Origin: Glycera tridactyla
Lineage: Eukaryota
NCBI GenBank assembly: GCA_965644265.1
Contig: OZ286460.1
Coordinates: 8,866,001-8,930,000, forward strand
Length of the DNA stretch: 64,000 bases
Direction of reading: 5' to 3'
Shown: piece by piece, positions 23,903 to 36,009 of the stretch
Layout of the letters: every line of letters begins with the position of its first letter
How positions within the stretch are numbered: the stretch's first letter is position 1
The notes under the pieces: generated by a model
Database searches by the model: none
What the model was told of the DNA's origin: nothing
The model's input: only the letters and a program-made list of their open reading frames with translations
Program-made: the position numbers and the translations under genes

Positions 23903-24432
23903 CTGTCAAAAAGAGACACACACTCTATATCAGAACACAGACAACAACCTATCAGACCACCTATCTATATGCCTGCTTACCTACCTANNNNNNNNNNNNN
24001 NNNNNNNNNNNNNNNNNNNNNNNNNNNNNNNNNNNNNNNNNNNNNNNNNNNNNNNNNNNNNNNNNNNNNNNNNNNNNNNNNNNNNNNNNNNNNNNNNNNN
24101 NNNNNNNNNNNNNNNNNNNNNNNNNNNNNNNNNNNNNNNNNNNNNNNNNNNNNNNNNNNNNNNNNNNNNNNNNNNNNNNNNNNNNNNNNNNNNNNNNNNN
24201 NNNNNNNNNNNNNNNNNNNNNNNNNNNNNNNNNNNNNNNNNNNNNNNNNNNNNNNNNNNNNNNNNNNNNNNNNNNNNNNNNNNNNNNNNNNNNNNNNNNN
24301 NNNNNNNNNNNNNNNNNNNNNNNNNNNNNNNNNNNNNNNNNNNNNNNNNNNNTTATCTGCCAAATTTGATAGAATATGGTGTCATATAGATTGAGTAACT
24401 GATAGAATGTATGAGAAATAGACATAGCTCAC

Positions 24433-24529
24433 CGCAAACTGATGAAATATTGATAATGACGCCTCCCTTGCCACCTTTGTCCTGCCGCATGTGCTCCACA
24501 GCGATCTCTGTGCTCGTCATCAGGCCAAA
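24433..24529 (-). CDS. HPGD: HPGD-like SDR exon 4 (97 nt)
   Basis: Acceptor TTACAG|TTT, donor GCG|GTGAGC. Encodes FGLMTSTEIAVEHMRQDKGGKGGVIINISSVC(G), containing the catalytic Ser. Confidence 0.93.
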
Positions 24530-25218
24530 CTGTAACATAACCACCACAGTGTAATTATTGGTACCAATGTCAATCATAACCGGAATGTGGGAGTCCCAAA
24601 AGACAGTAGGAATAAATTGCTTCATAAGAATATATTCCTTACCGATATTCATCCGATCGACATGAAGACCATACAGAAAAGTTGGTAATGTAAAGTTGCT
24701 TATCAGTTGATTTACTCGTATGTTGCTAGCAATTGAATGGAGGGGTAGGGGGAGGTCGTGATGAGCAAATATACAGGTGGAATGATGTACAATGCAGTTG
24801 AGGTATCTACAGATAGNNNNNNNNNNNNNNNNNNNNNNNNNNNNNNNNNNNNNNNNNNNNNNNNNNNNNNNNNNNNNNNNNNNNNNNNNNNNNNNNNNNN
24901 NNNNNNNNNNNNNNNNNNNNNNNNNNNNNNNNNNNNNNNNNNNNNNNNNNNNNNNNNNNNNNNNNNNNNNNNNNNNNNNNNNNNNNNNNNNNNNNNNNNN
25001 NNNNNNNNNNNNNNNNNNNNNNNNNNNNNNNNNNNNNNNNNNNNNNNNNNNNNNNNNNNNNGTCAGAGAGAGACAGAGAGAGACATAGACAGAGGGAGAG
25101 AGGAGAGGGTGGAGATATACATATATAGAGAGATGGATGGATAGCTAGATGAAGAGGACGGGCGAGATATAGAGGGGCTGCATGGAGGAGATTCCCGAGG
25201 TTTCATTTTCCAACTCAC

Positions 25219-25325
25219 TATATTGATGTTGATATTCGCCTGTTTGCCTTTGCTACCATGGACTCCAGCATTGTTAATGACCACATCCAGTTGGCCAAAA
25301 TGTTCAATCGCCTTCTCATAGGCAT
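25219..25325 (-). CDS. HPGD: HPGD-like SDR exon 3 (107 nt)
   Basis: Acceptor TTTACAG|AT, donor ATA|GTGAGT. Encodes (D)AYEKAIEHFGQLDVVINNAGVHGSKGKQANININI with the NNAG motif. Confidence 0.92.
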
Positions 25326-25882
25326 CTGTAAATAAAAAGCAGGCATATAAAATAGTTTGCTACACTCAACAAAGCCAGTCAAAGGACCATTTTGGAAACT
25401 CAAACAGGACAGCCTGCCAAGAGAAGTTCGGAGAATTGAAATTGATTCATCAGACTAGTCTTGTGAAGGATACTCACGGAACTCGGAAAGAAATTGTTGA
25501 TTTACCCCCTGTGCCCTTGTGACAGGTATCCATTTCGGTTCACTTGAATATATCAAACATGATATACATGTATTCGAAAACACAACAGGTACAAGTGGTT
25601 GTCTCAGTAAAATAGAATCCGGTCGGGGTGGGGGTGGGGGGGGGGGGGGGGGGGGTCCTCTAGCCACTGCTGCGAATAGATTGTAACCTGGTACTATCTA
25701 TGATTGAGGTACAGCAATTCTAAATATACTATACTCAAAGTTCCTATCAATCCATTCTTGGGTGCCAGTTTTCACATAAGGGTGGCTCAAGGCCGCATGT
25801 GTATGAGATTGTTTAAGGATATAATATGAGAGACTTGTGCATTTGAAATGCACCTGTCACATCTGGATTTGATAAAGTTTAC

Positions 25883-26006
25883 CTTCAACTTGTTTCCGTC
25901 GTGTGACATCGGCTTGGATAAAGAGTACCCGATCAACCCCATATTGATCACCTAGTTCCTGTGCTGTCTTCTCTCCCTCGTCTCTCAACAGGTCCACTAT
26001 AATTAC
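25883..26006 (-). CDS. HPGD: HPGD-like SDR exon 2 (124 nt)
   Basis: Acceptor TTTTTCCAG|GTA, donor GAAG|GTAAAC. Encodes VIIVDLLRDEGEKTAQELGDQYGVDRVLFIQADVTRRKQVE. The Asp at the end of beta2 is an NAD+-preference signature. Confidence 0.92.
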
Positions 26007-27190
26007 CTGGAAAAACACAGGAGCATCAATTAGCCCTGCCAGGAGATCATGCGTCATTCAGGCAGGTTCTAGACAACACAGACATACCATTGAGCTATGG
26101 TCAGATGGGAGGCTGTACGGCGCTGGTCGTATCTACATGGTGCTGGCTTCGGTTATCATCTTATCTTTCTGTCTGCACCTCAACCATCGGGAAATGATTA
26201 GTCTTGATGACATTTTCTCATGGGAGGATAAAATCTCGGACTCGGAAAGATATAGCCGTAATGCAATACCGGAATGGGCGAATAGAAATTATAATAGGAG
26301 CAATTTCACTAGAGGAAGAATGATGACTAGAGCACGTGAAACGAAACGGTCGTATTTGGATTCGACAGATTTGAGGCGAAGTGACCCCTCATTATGCGAA
26401 GTACGGGTCAAAACAAAATAGAAATAAGGATGAAGCAAGTCAGAAGTTTGAGCTAAGATGGCTTGAAATCGCTGACAATCAGGTCTTATTCACTCTAAGG
26501 AAATTCACCAACAGATACCCCATGAACATGATCCATAGCGCCCGTAGGTCATGGTATTCGTGTGAATTTATGAGAATGAATTAGGAATACCAAAATATCT
26601 GTGCACCCTGGTCACATAGGTCCAATTCCTTCTTTGAGATCGAGAAGAGTTTGTGGAATAATTAGGCCCGCTGAGTGTCAATGTGAACCGACCTCATGTT
26701 CACACGTTGACACAGTGCCTGAGATGTCCTGATGTGAACTATGTCAAATCCAAATGTGACGGGTATTTTTCACACACCCTGGTCACCATTGCTAAATCAA
26801 TCATAATTTCGCCAGCAGAGCATCATTGCATAGGGTCTCCCGTAACCATCCACCCTAATTTCAAATAATCTGCCCTCTCGAGGATGATTGGACCTGATTT
26901 CATGGTATTTATATTTTGTATCTGCTGACATTATCGGCTGATATTCAAGCCTGAAATGACAAGGACTTGGCCACCGTCCTCTCTATGGAAGTACATGGAA
27001 CTGCCAAATTCGACATGCTGGACTTGGATATGCATGTAATCTCAATCTCGCTGGAGATATCAACTGAGTCAGTCAGTGACTTCCGTCTCTGTCAGGTTCG
27101 GACTTGATATACTTTGTATCCAGTCCCTGTCTCGCTCAAAGGGACGATAAACCCAAACAACCCTACTGAATTCAAGAAAATGGTGCTTAC

Positions 27191-27283
27191 CTTGCCATTC
27201 CTGTCAAGTACTCCTTCAGCATAACCTCGACCTAGACCCCTGGCCCCACCAGTGATGAGAGCGACACGACCGTCAAGTTTCAT
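27191..27283 (-). CDS. HPGD: HPGD-like SDR (intact copy), exon 1 (93 nt, phase 0)
   Basis: Encodes MKLDGRVALITGGARGLGRGYAEGVLDRNGK with the TGxxxGxG Rossmann motif. Donor AAG|GTAAGC. An in-frame ATG 15 nt upstream (27298) is absent from the paralog, so 27283 is preferred. The symbol denotes family or likely orthogroup, not proven orthology. Confidence 0.93.
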
Positions 27284-30200
27284 GCTGACTTCTCTCATTC
27301 AGACCACCACCACTGGTTAGCTCCCACAGACTGTCACAGAATACCTGCTCTTGATTTTATGTACATTTCAGGTCATGGATAGTGGCTCAGTGTGTCGTCA
27401 TAGGATCCGTTTCATCAATAGGTGCGTGACTTGAAATTGCGTAAGCGCTCTCAATTACCATGGTTTTCTCAGGAGAATGTGGTAATCAGGAGCACATGCG
27501 CAATTTTGAGGTCACCTACACCCTCAGTGGAAAGTGCCCAAGTTGACCCAATTCCACCTGGAACTTTTCGCGAATGTTGAAAGCAGGGCAGTTGGACAAC
27601 AGTGTAAAGCGAAAATGCCCGTTATGGTTTCGTCATCATTGCAGTGATAAGAAAATATCACATGATTTTGGCGGAGTATCGTGGGTTTCATCCATGAAGT
27701 CTGTGAAACGGGCCATCACCCACATTGGATATCAGCGTCCCCAGGTTGAACTGCGACGACGCGTTTCACTGAACATGCTCGCCCCTCTTCTGTTTAGGTG
27801 TTGATATGTTGCATGATATCCAATGCTCGGTAACTTTGATGAAATGACCTGCCAGCATCTCGGTATCCAGACGGCAGAGTACATGTTAGTATGCTGGTCC
27901 CGCATATAGCCGAAATGAACCCACGCCAACCCGCTGTTTTGAGAAGTTTGGATGACCTGAGCAGTGACGGGACGAATGCCACTAAACTCAGTCGAAAAAT
28001 GTGGCGTGTACGTTTCAGACTCTAAACTCGCCATTTCTCGCCCTATTTCAGTTTTAATGGCACGAATAGAGTGTATAGATCTTCCGGCGAGCATTTAGCC
28101 TGGGTCAGGTAATCTGCATACTTTTCGAGAGGATACGCCATCATTTTATTGCACTTTTTCGGCGAATATTTAGTATGTGAAAAAGCTAAAATACGGCCGC
28201 CGCACTGGCTGTGAAACCAGCGTGAAATTGACATATTTGGAGCTCCAAGTTGAAACATGCAAAAGGGAACCTCACCGAGATTACATTTCTAGTCGCCGGA
28301 GATGTAGAAGTCTTTCCGCAAATTTCATTTCATTCTGATACGAATTCGCGATGGGAGGGCGAGAAAGGTACCCGCCACGATTGAAGTTGACAGACTTTAC
28401 TGCTGGTCGAGCCGACCCCTACCTCGTGACACGTAATCTACCGGTCATATTTGGTGCGGCAAACCTTAGCTCCCGTGCCGTTAAAAGGGATAGTAAACAC
28501 AAACAATCCTACAAACTTTCTCAGCAGCATGCTACGCTAGTGACGTCAGCAAGGATTGTCGCATGAACGACGGAAATTGGAAAGAAAAGGTGAATACCAT
28601 TCATTTTGAATATTTATTGTGTAAATACAAAATGTGCGCCAATATTCACAACAAATCAGCACAGCGCGCATGCGTGACGTACTCTCAGTAGTGAGACCAG
28701 CTTCACACTGAAAACCCGTCCAGAATTGACTAATTGGGTTCCTGAAGCCGGCCACACAAGGATCATGGACACACCCAGAACATTGTCAACCAATGTTCCA
28801 GTTCTCAGATTTCAACAACAAGGAATGTCCAAGTTTCATACCAACATTTAGCGACATACGATTGAATGTGCTCGGGAGAGCACCTTTATACAAAGATCAA
28901 CTGCCTACAAATGACCCCCTAGCATCAACCATGATAGCATTTCCATAGTAGAGATGGTTGCTACACAAACCGGACACCTATCTCTCTCGAATCAATGTTC
29001 AAAGATACATAAAAATGACATTCGTACAGAAAAACGATAACATCATAACCAAACAGGGCCCTAACAGGTAAGAGTGGTTGAAAACATTATACATATGGGT
29101 ACGATGTGTAGCATTGGTACTGATAGTTTTAATGGTGACTCCGTCTCAGAGAACCAGAGAAGTCTACAGAATAGTCCCCGTGTAAACGATGAAGCTTAGC
29201 GCCGATTATTTGATGCATGTGGATGGACTGTGGCGACACCTCTCGACAATATTTAAACTCTCAGTTCGCAACCCAACCGCTAGGGATGTTGTTGACAATT
29301 GTAGACCAACCACATGTCCAATATTTTATTGGAGTTTCGCAATCCACGTTTGAACAAAATCACCAAAATGTTTCATAATCAAACTGCATTGAAATGAGAG
29401 TCTTTGGTTGGTCTTCCAAATCCATAAAATTGTTTTCGAACTGAAGTGAGGTGGATTTGACAGGTTCTCTGCGCCACAAATCGCCATTCACAAACGTCCC
29501 AAATACATGGAACCTTTCTAGGCTGACCGGTGGCAGTTCACATATACTACTGGACGAGGGCACAGGTAATCTAGATCATGTCATGTCATGTTTTGAGCCT
29601 GATCAATATACTCACAGAAAACGATGACTGAATTGTTCAGCTCCTACAATGACCTTCACTACTGATAAGTCATGTCTCGAGGAGCGAGATTCACTGTCCA
29701 TCCATCGAATCCCTCGCCTCATATTCAAGCTAACGGGGCCCCAGTGGAGCCAACTGGACAAAATAACAACTCATCCTGCGCTGTGCAGGAAGGGTGGAGT
29801 AAATGTATATCAAACACAATTTTAACTAATATCAAACACACACTACAAATGGCGCACATTGCTTTGTGATATTCACCCATGCACGCTACAAAAAAACATA
29901 TATCTCTCACGCGGTTATTTGTATACATATATGCAGATTGGTGGTCGTATAGCTCAATACGCCCATATGTACACTCAGTATATATCTACACACATGTATG
30001 AAAATAGATTGGCTAACCACCCGTTATTCAGCCCAATCTGCCATTCAGTTCAACTCATGTCTTCTCTGTAGAAGATGATGACTCCTTAAGACAGACTGAA
30101 GTCGTGCGGTAACTGAAAATCCGGTGCTCAGGTGATTTTGCAAGTAGCAAAAACGTTCGTAGATCGGCCACTGAAGCATATAGAACGCCCTCGAGTCCAC

Positions 30201-30409
30201 CCAGAGGGCAAACTTCCTCAGCAGACACATGAAGATTGCGATTATCATTTGAGGTGTCAGGTGCCCCCTTCACAAGTCAGGAATTTCCCAGGCGGCTGCT
30301 TGGTTGCGTTCTGGGAATGAACTGGACGTCAAACCTGACTGCTTGACATGACTGGGGCAACCAGTGATGAACTGCCAGGAACTGTTGATGATACTTCTTG
30401 TTGTCATAA

Positions 30410-30440
<31 letters not shown>

Positions 30441-31528
30441 TGTGTGTGCATGCGCGTGAGTGTGTATCCACGGGGTATAGGTGGTCCTGACTTGTTTTGT
30501 GTACTACGTCAGATAAACTCACACTCACTGCATGGTTGAAATCATCCAGTGTTTGATCCCTAATCTTTAATGATACCTTTTCGTGGGACCGCCCCTCTGG
30601 GAGGATATTGTCACTGAAGCTTCTCTGTATAAACATGATTGGTGAGAACCAGTAATCTATAACACGACAGTAATTTGAGAGGGCGGGTAATGTAGGGTAC
30701 CTGGAATGAAAGACCAATCCCGATTTCTTAGACAGGGTTTGAAGCGGAGTTGTTGAAAGACCCTCTCAATATCTCCGACATATCGGCTACTTGATACTTC
30801 CTGTCCATTCATCATTCAGTCTGCCCGTCAGACTGTCTGTCTGACAGTGTACCAAACAATGATATCAATAACAGGACCATCTTTGCGATATCCGTGGTGA
30901 CTTTCACGCTCTGCCTTCGACACGTTCCACCTAATTTCAAATAAGCTAAGTAATGTTTCCCCCTATACCCTACATCGATTTATATATTTCCATTCTTGGT
31001 TGGGGACGGGTGGAATACGAATGTCTACTGGGCCGTTTTTGTCAATCTCTTGAAGATCGCCATCAAATGGCTTGTGGTTTTTGCCGTCGTATTTTTGCGC
31101 TGCAATGAAGGTGAACGTCATGACCTTGATGGGAGACACCAATTTAGCCCTGGCGCTTGGTCAAGGAAGTATTTGAGTTAAATATAAATTTCAGCTGGTG
31201 TAATTAGAGGCTGATGAGGGTCTCCTTTGATCCTGGCGCCGGGCCAACGTCAGTTTGGACTTAGTCATCACATTCTGGTGATCTACACACATGTCATCTC
31301 CACTCTCGGTCTGTCAACAATAAGGAGAATCTTTGCTGCATTGAGAGCGTGTATTCATACTATGACGAGGCAGTTCCTGTAATAAACCCACACATAGGGA
31401 CATTAAGTAATATCTCCCACACCTTGACTTAGAATGCAATTATTTCAAGAATAGGACGGTGATGCTATGCTGATTCACTGAGTGGAAAGAGGGGAGATGT
31501 AGTACCATAGCAAGGCAGTAGATATATA

Positions 31529-31688
31529 CAGTCAAACCTGCTCTAAAGACCACCTCTCTATAAAGACTGCCTGAGATGCAACCGTGGTAGTATTTTCAAC
31601 AGTAAATGACCTCTCTATAAAGACCACCTGCCCATAAAGACCGCTTTTTGATGCAACCGAAGGCGGTCTTTATAGACAGGTTCGACTG
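31529..31688. mobile_element. ~160-bp Tc1/mariner-type MITE
   Basis: TIRs CAGTCAAACCTG / CAGGTTCGACTG, TA on both sides, internal AGACCACCT repeats. Confidence 0.85.
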
Positions 31689-32917
31689 TATCTCATTTTT
31701 TTTCTCCAAATATTCATTTGGGTGGGGTTGACCGATATAAGCATTGAAAAGATAGGATTTCATTCCAGGATATTGAAGCTCCAAGTTTGCACGTCACACC
31801 CCTGATCTCCTGTTACAATGGCACATCTACAGTCGAACCTGCTTCCACTCCCACCTCTCNNNNNNNNNNNNNNNNNNNNNNNNNNNNNNNNNNNNNNNNN
31901 NNNNNNNNNNNNNNNNNNNNNNNNNNNNNNNNNNNNNNNNNNNNNNNNNNNNNNNNNNNNNNNNNNNNNNNNNNNNNNNNNNNNNNNNNNNNNNNNNNNN
32001 NNNNNNNNNNNNNNNNNNNNNNNNNNNNNNNNNNNNNNNNNNNNNNNNNNNNNNNTCACATACTCCCTCCCCTCTCTCACGCACACCTTTCGCAGCCAGA
32101 TCATCAATAGTCCTCCATAAATATATCGATAAATAAGTAAATCAGTCTCCATGGCGCAGCAATTGTTCTACCATTCAAAATATGAAACTCCCAACATAGG
32201 CGACGCCAAAATAATCAAATCACATGAGATTATCCAGTTCATTCAGCCAGTAGCAGATGGCTTGCCTTCAGCTCTGATTCCTCCTGTGGTTTCTCCGGTT
32301 CACAGCAGCACCGTGTCAAATAGAATGAATATGATGCATGAACAAGTTCTTGTCAGAAATGGCCATCTGAGCAAGAGTATAGTATAACCTGTCAAAAGTA
32401 GCCCCCCTGTGCCGAGCAGCCACCTGTACTGAGCAGTCATTTTGGTCTTTCATAAAGGTGGTTGCTTAGAACAGGTCGGACTGTCGTCTCTACACCGAAG
32501 CTCGGCTTCAGCACCATCATGTCTCTTATCAGGCAAAACATATGAATCTTAACCTATCCTAAGCAGCCACTGCACTAAGCAGCCACTGCCTTAAGCAGCC
32601 TCCTTTGAACCCCCATCGGAATGTTTTTCATTATCCTTCACCGGTCCTCAGGTACTTGTTCTGAACAGCCTCCTTTGTAGTGACCTTGCTTAGCACAGGG
32701 TTGAAAGTATGTAGTTTTGATAATAATCTGATGGGTAACACAGTGGTAAACCTGTCCTGATATATATAGACCAAGTGTTGTTGAAACTGAGAGTATAACC
32801 CCCTGATAATGGGCAGGAACTGTCAAACAATGTCTAGCAGTCGAAATCGTCGAGAAGTCGGTGGTGTGGTGGCGGTGGTAGTGGCGGTGGTAGCGGCGGT
32901 GTGTGTGGCGTAGGTAG

Positions 32918-33100
32918 TCAGTATCGCTCGATCTCGACGGTGGGGATGGCCTGATCCTGGGCGGTGTGGAGGGGGGACGAGTCACACGAGTTGAGCGGAG
33001 TCGTCCCCAGCCCGAACTCGTCGTGCTTCTGCTGGACGAACACGACTATGTTGAGGGCAGTCTGAACCAACCAGGAAATCAAACACAGCCACGACGCCAC
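32918..33100 (-). CDS. Probable terminal coding exon of an unidentified membrane protein
   Basis: Strong acceptor CTCTGTGTTTGCAG|GTG. 60 codons, mostly G/C at the third position, encoding VASWLCLISWLVQTALNIVVFVQQKHDEFGLGTTPLNSCDSSPLHTAQDQAIPTVEIERY*: a TM-like helix followed by a polar tail. Upstream exons not found. Confidence 0.5.
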   Translation of the reverse strand: MASWLCLISWLVQTALNIVVFVQQKHDEFGLGTTPLNSCDSSPLHTAQDQAIPTVEIERY

Positions 33101-36009
33101 CTGCAAACACAGAGAATGGGGGCAAAGGATCAGTGATTGAAGCTTCAAGGAGGAGGATAACGAGAACGAAGACGACCGAAATAACGATATCCTTGCTGAT
33201 GGCGATAATGGTGGCACTGGTGGTAGTACCGGGGTTATGGGTATTGTTATTGATGCTGCTTTTGGNNNNNNNNNNNNNNNNNNNNNNNNNNNNNNNNNNN
33301 NNNNNNNNNNNNNNNNNNNNNNNNNNNNNNNNNNNNNNNNNNNNNNNNNNNNNNNNNNNNNNNNNNNNNNNNNNNNNNNNNNNNNNNNNNNNNNNNNNNN
33401 NNNNNNNNNNNNNNNNNNNNNNNNNNNNNNNNNNNNNNNNNNNNNNNNNNNNNNTACAAATTTGTACGTATGCATAAACAGATAAATAAACTTTTTCAAA
33501 CCCGTGAATTGTATACGATATCATCTGATGACATTTCTCGAGTCAAGTGAGATGCATTGTTAGCAGGGAGGTTGGGGCTGGAATGAGAAAGCAGAGAGCG
33601 ACGCTCACTCTGGAAGTCGCCTGTGTCCGAGGTGTGACGTGAAATATGGCGAGGTCAGGCGGAGGTGGAACGTAGAGTAGGCACGTGTGAGACGGGGGTG
33701 ATATGAAGTGTGAGCGCGTGACAGATGGAGGTGAGCAGGAGGGTGCTCAGCCTGCAGGGGCTTCAGGGGCTCATTTCAATCACACCTCAGCAAACTCGAC
33801 AAATCTCGACACTCCTGAGTTTATTTCAGAAACCAACACAAATGATAGAATGTATTACACTTGTGCGAATGAATCATGACTTGAGTGAAACAGTCCCCTG
33901 AGAGGGCCACTGGCCACAATCGGATTTCCCGTAATTCTACCATCAGTGCTCACACGTTGCCGCCGTGTTCAAATCGAATTGACTTGATAATTGGAAGCGT
34001 AGCGGTGCCCGGATGTGCTCACCAAGCACAGTTCACACGTGAGTCTCAGTAGCACATCGGTGCTCTCTGACCACACTTCACCTCTAGCTGTTGACATCAG
34101 GTCCCTCCAAGCAGGCAGCCATTGTTTTTTTTTTCAAATGACACAAAAGAAGTTCAAAGGTTGAGACCATTTATACCCGCTATGTGACCCTATATTATTG
34201 CATATATGATGTGAATCTGTCTTAGAAATGTTCTACTGTGTCTTGGTAATGCCACGGTAATAATCTGTATATGCTTAATGAGACTTAATCCATGGTGTCA
34301 GTAACTATGGAGATGTCGGTAACCAAGGAGATAGATAGGTACGACATCAATGTACATGTGTCCTGCATTGTGTATACCTTTACTGCTTATCTGAACAACT
34401 CAGAGAAAGCTTCGTAAGAATAAGCTCGATTTCCGCCCTTCTGGAGGCCGGCCAATGGCTACATACGGGTCCCTGAGTGGAACAAGGAACGCGCTCGACA
34501 CTCCCGACACTGCAAAACACCACCATTTCAAACCATATTTGTGGGTGTTCTATCGTTGGTTCGTATGAGGAAGGACATGTACGTACTCCTTACGTTGTGA
34601 CACAACCGAGGTCAGGCATTCGCAATCATTATTCGCACATAGATTCCGTGAGCTCGCTCCCTTCTGATCAATTGTTCGCCTTTCATCCATGCCCTTTAAC
34701 TGAATGTCATATGGAGTCACCAACAAATACTGGTGTCAATGGTGTCGTGAGAAAATTGTGTGAATTCATTCATCCAGGATGAGGATATGTGCAGAAGAAT
34801 GAGACGAGGTTGAGCAGGATGTATTCATCCATGTTGCTGCTGGTATCGGGGCTCTGTGCTCATCACTGACGTGAACGAGGTGCGGGAACCTAGCTATTGC
34901 CAGAGTCAGTATTATATGCAACCACTGCAATTGTAGTCGAACCTGCTCGAAACACCATCTCTATACAAAGCTCATCTGTCTATAAAAGTCACGATGAGCC
35001 CATGGTAGTTCTTTCAACATAATGACCTCGCTACAGAGACCACCTCTCAACAAAGATTATTTACAAACATTTGAACCTTGAGCCGGGCGTTAAGGCGGGG
35101 CGCCACCTGCGACACAACTCCGTACTAACTGTTCGGGGTCTTCAATGGAACTTGTTCCTGAATTACTATACAGGAAAGCAGAATTCAGTTCAAAATATTT
35201 CCACCAGAGTATTTCATTGTATTGACAGAAGGTGATACTTGCGGCGAGGTGTCTTCCACTTCTTGTTTCTATTACAACCATAGAAATCTCAGTGATTGTA
35301 AGATGTGATTCGAAGTGTATTTCGGGAATCATCATGATCTATTCAACTCGAACAGTCGTCATTATCATCAGGTAGTGAGTAAAATTGTGTATCGCCTGAT
35401 TTACAAGAATTGATTATCATGACTGATGAAGTTTCCGCCTCATGCTTCAAAAAGTATTCTCACCACTGGCTCTCATGTGTTTGGACAAATGTGCATACTT
35501 TACTGATTTCCGTCATTTATTGTGATCAAAGCATTGAGTCAATCATCTGACTACTGAAGAGGAATTATTAGTTTCACTAGTTGCCACTAGTTGTCACTCA
35601 AATCAAGAGGCACCTTACTGAATGGCTCCTAGTGTTTACAGCAAGGCCACTTGCCAACAAAAGCTACCCTCAGCAGCAGCCGCGGTAGTATTTCCTACAG
35701 GAAACATCCTCTCTACAAAGGCTACTTGTCCACAAAGACCCCTTCCGGTGCAACTGACAGGATCAAGTGAACTTGAATTACATGGCAGTTGGGACGAAAT
35801 GGACATGAAAACGCGTGTCTATTCGGAAAAATCATTTGAGCATTAAAGAAACAAGCGCATGCTCATCTGGGCTCGGCAAAGAGGGATAAAGAAATACATA
35901 TATGCCAGCGAAAGTGACGTCACACAGAGGGGAAACTCATTGCAGCTTGCAGCTCGTGATCAGTGGTAGTGATAATCGATAGCAATTTCACAATCGATGA
36001 TTGCTTATT

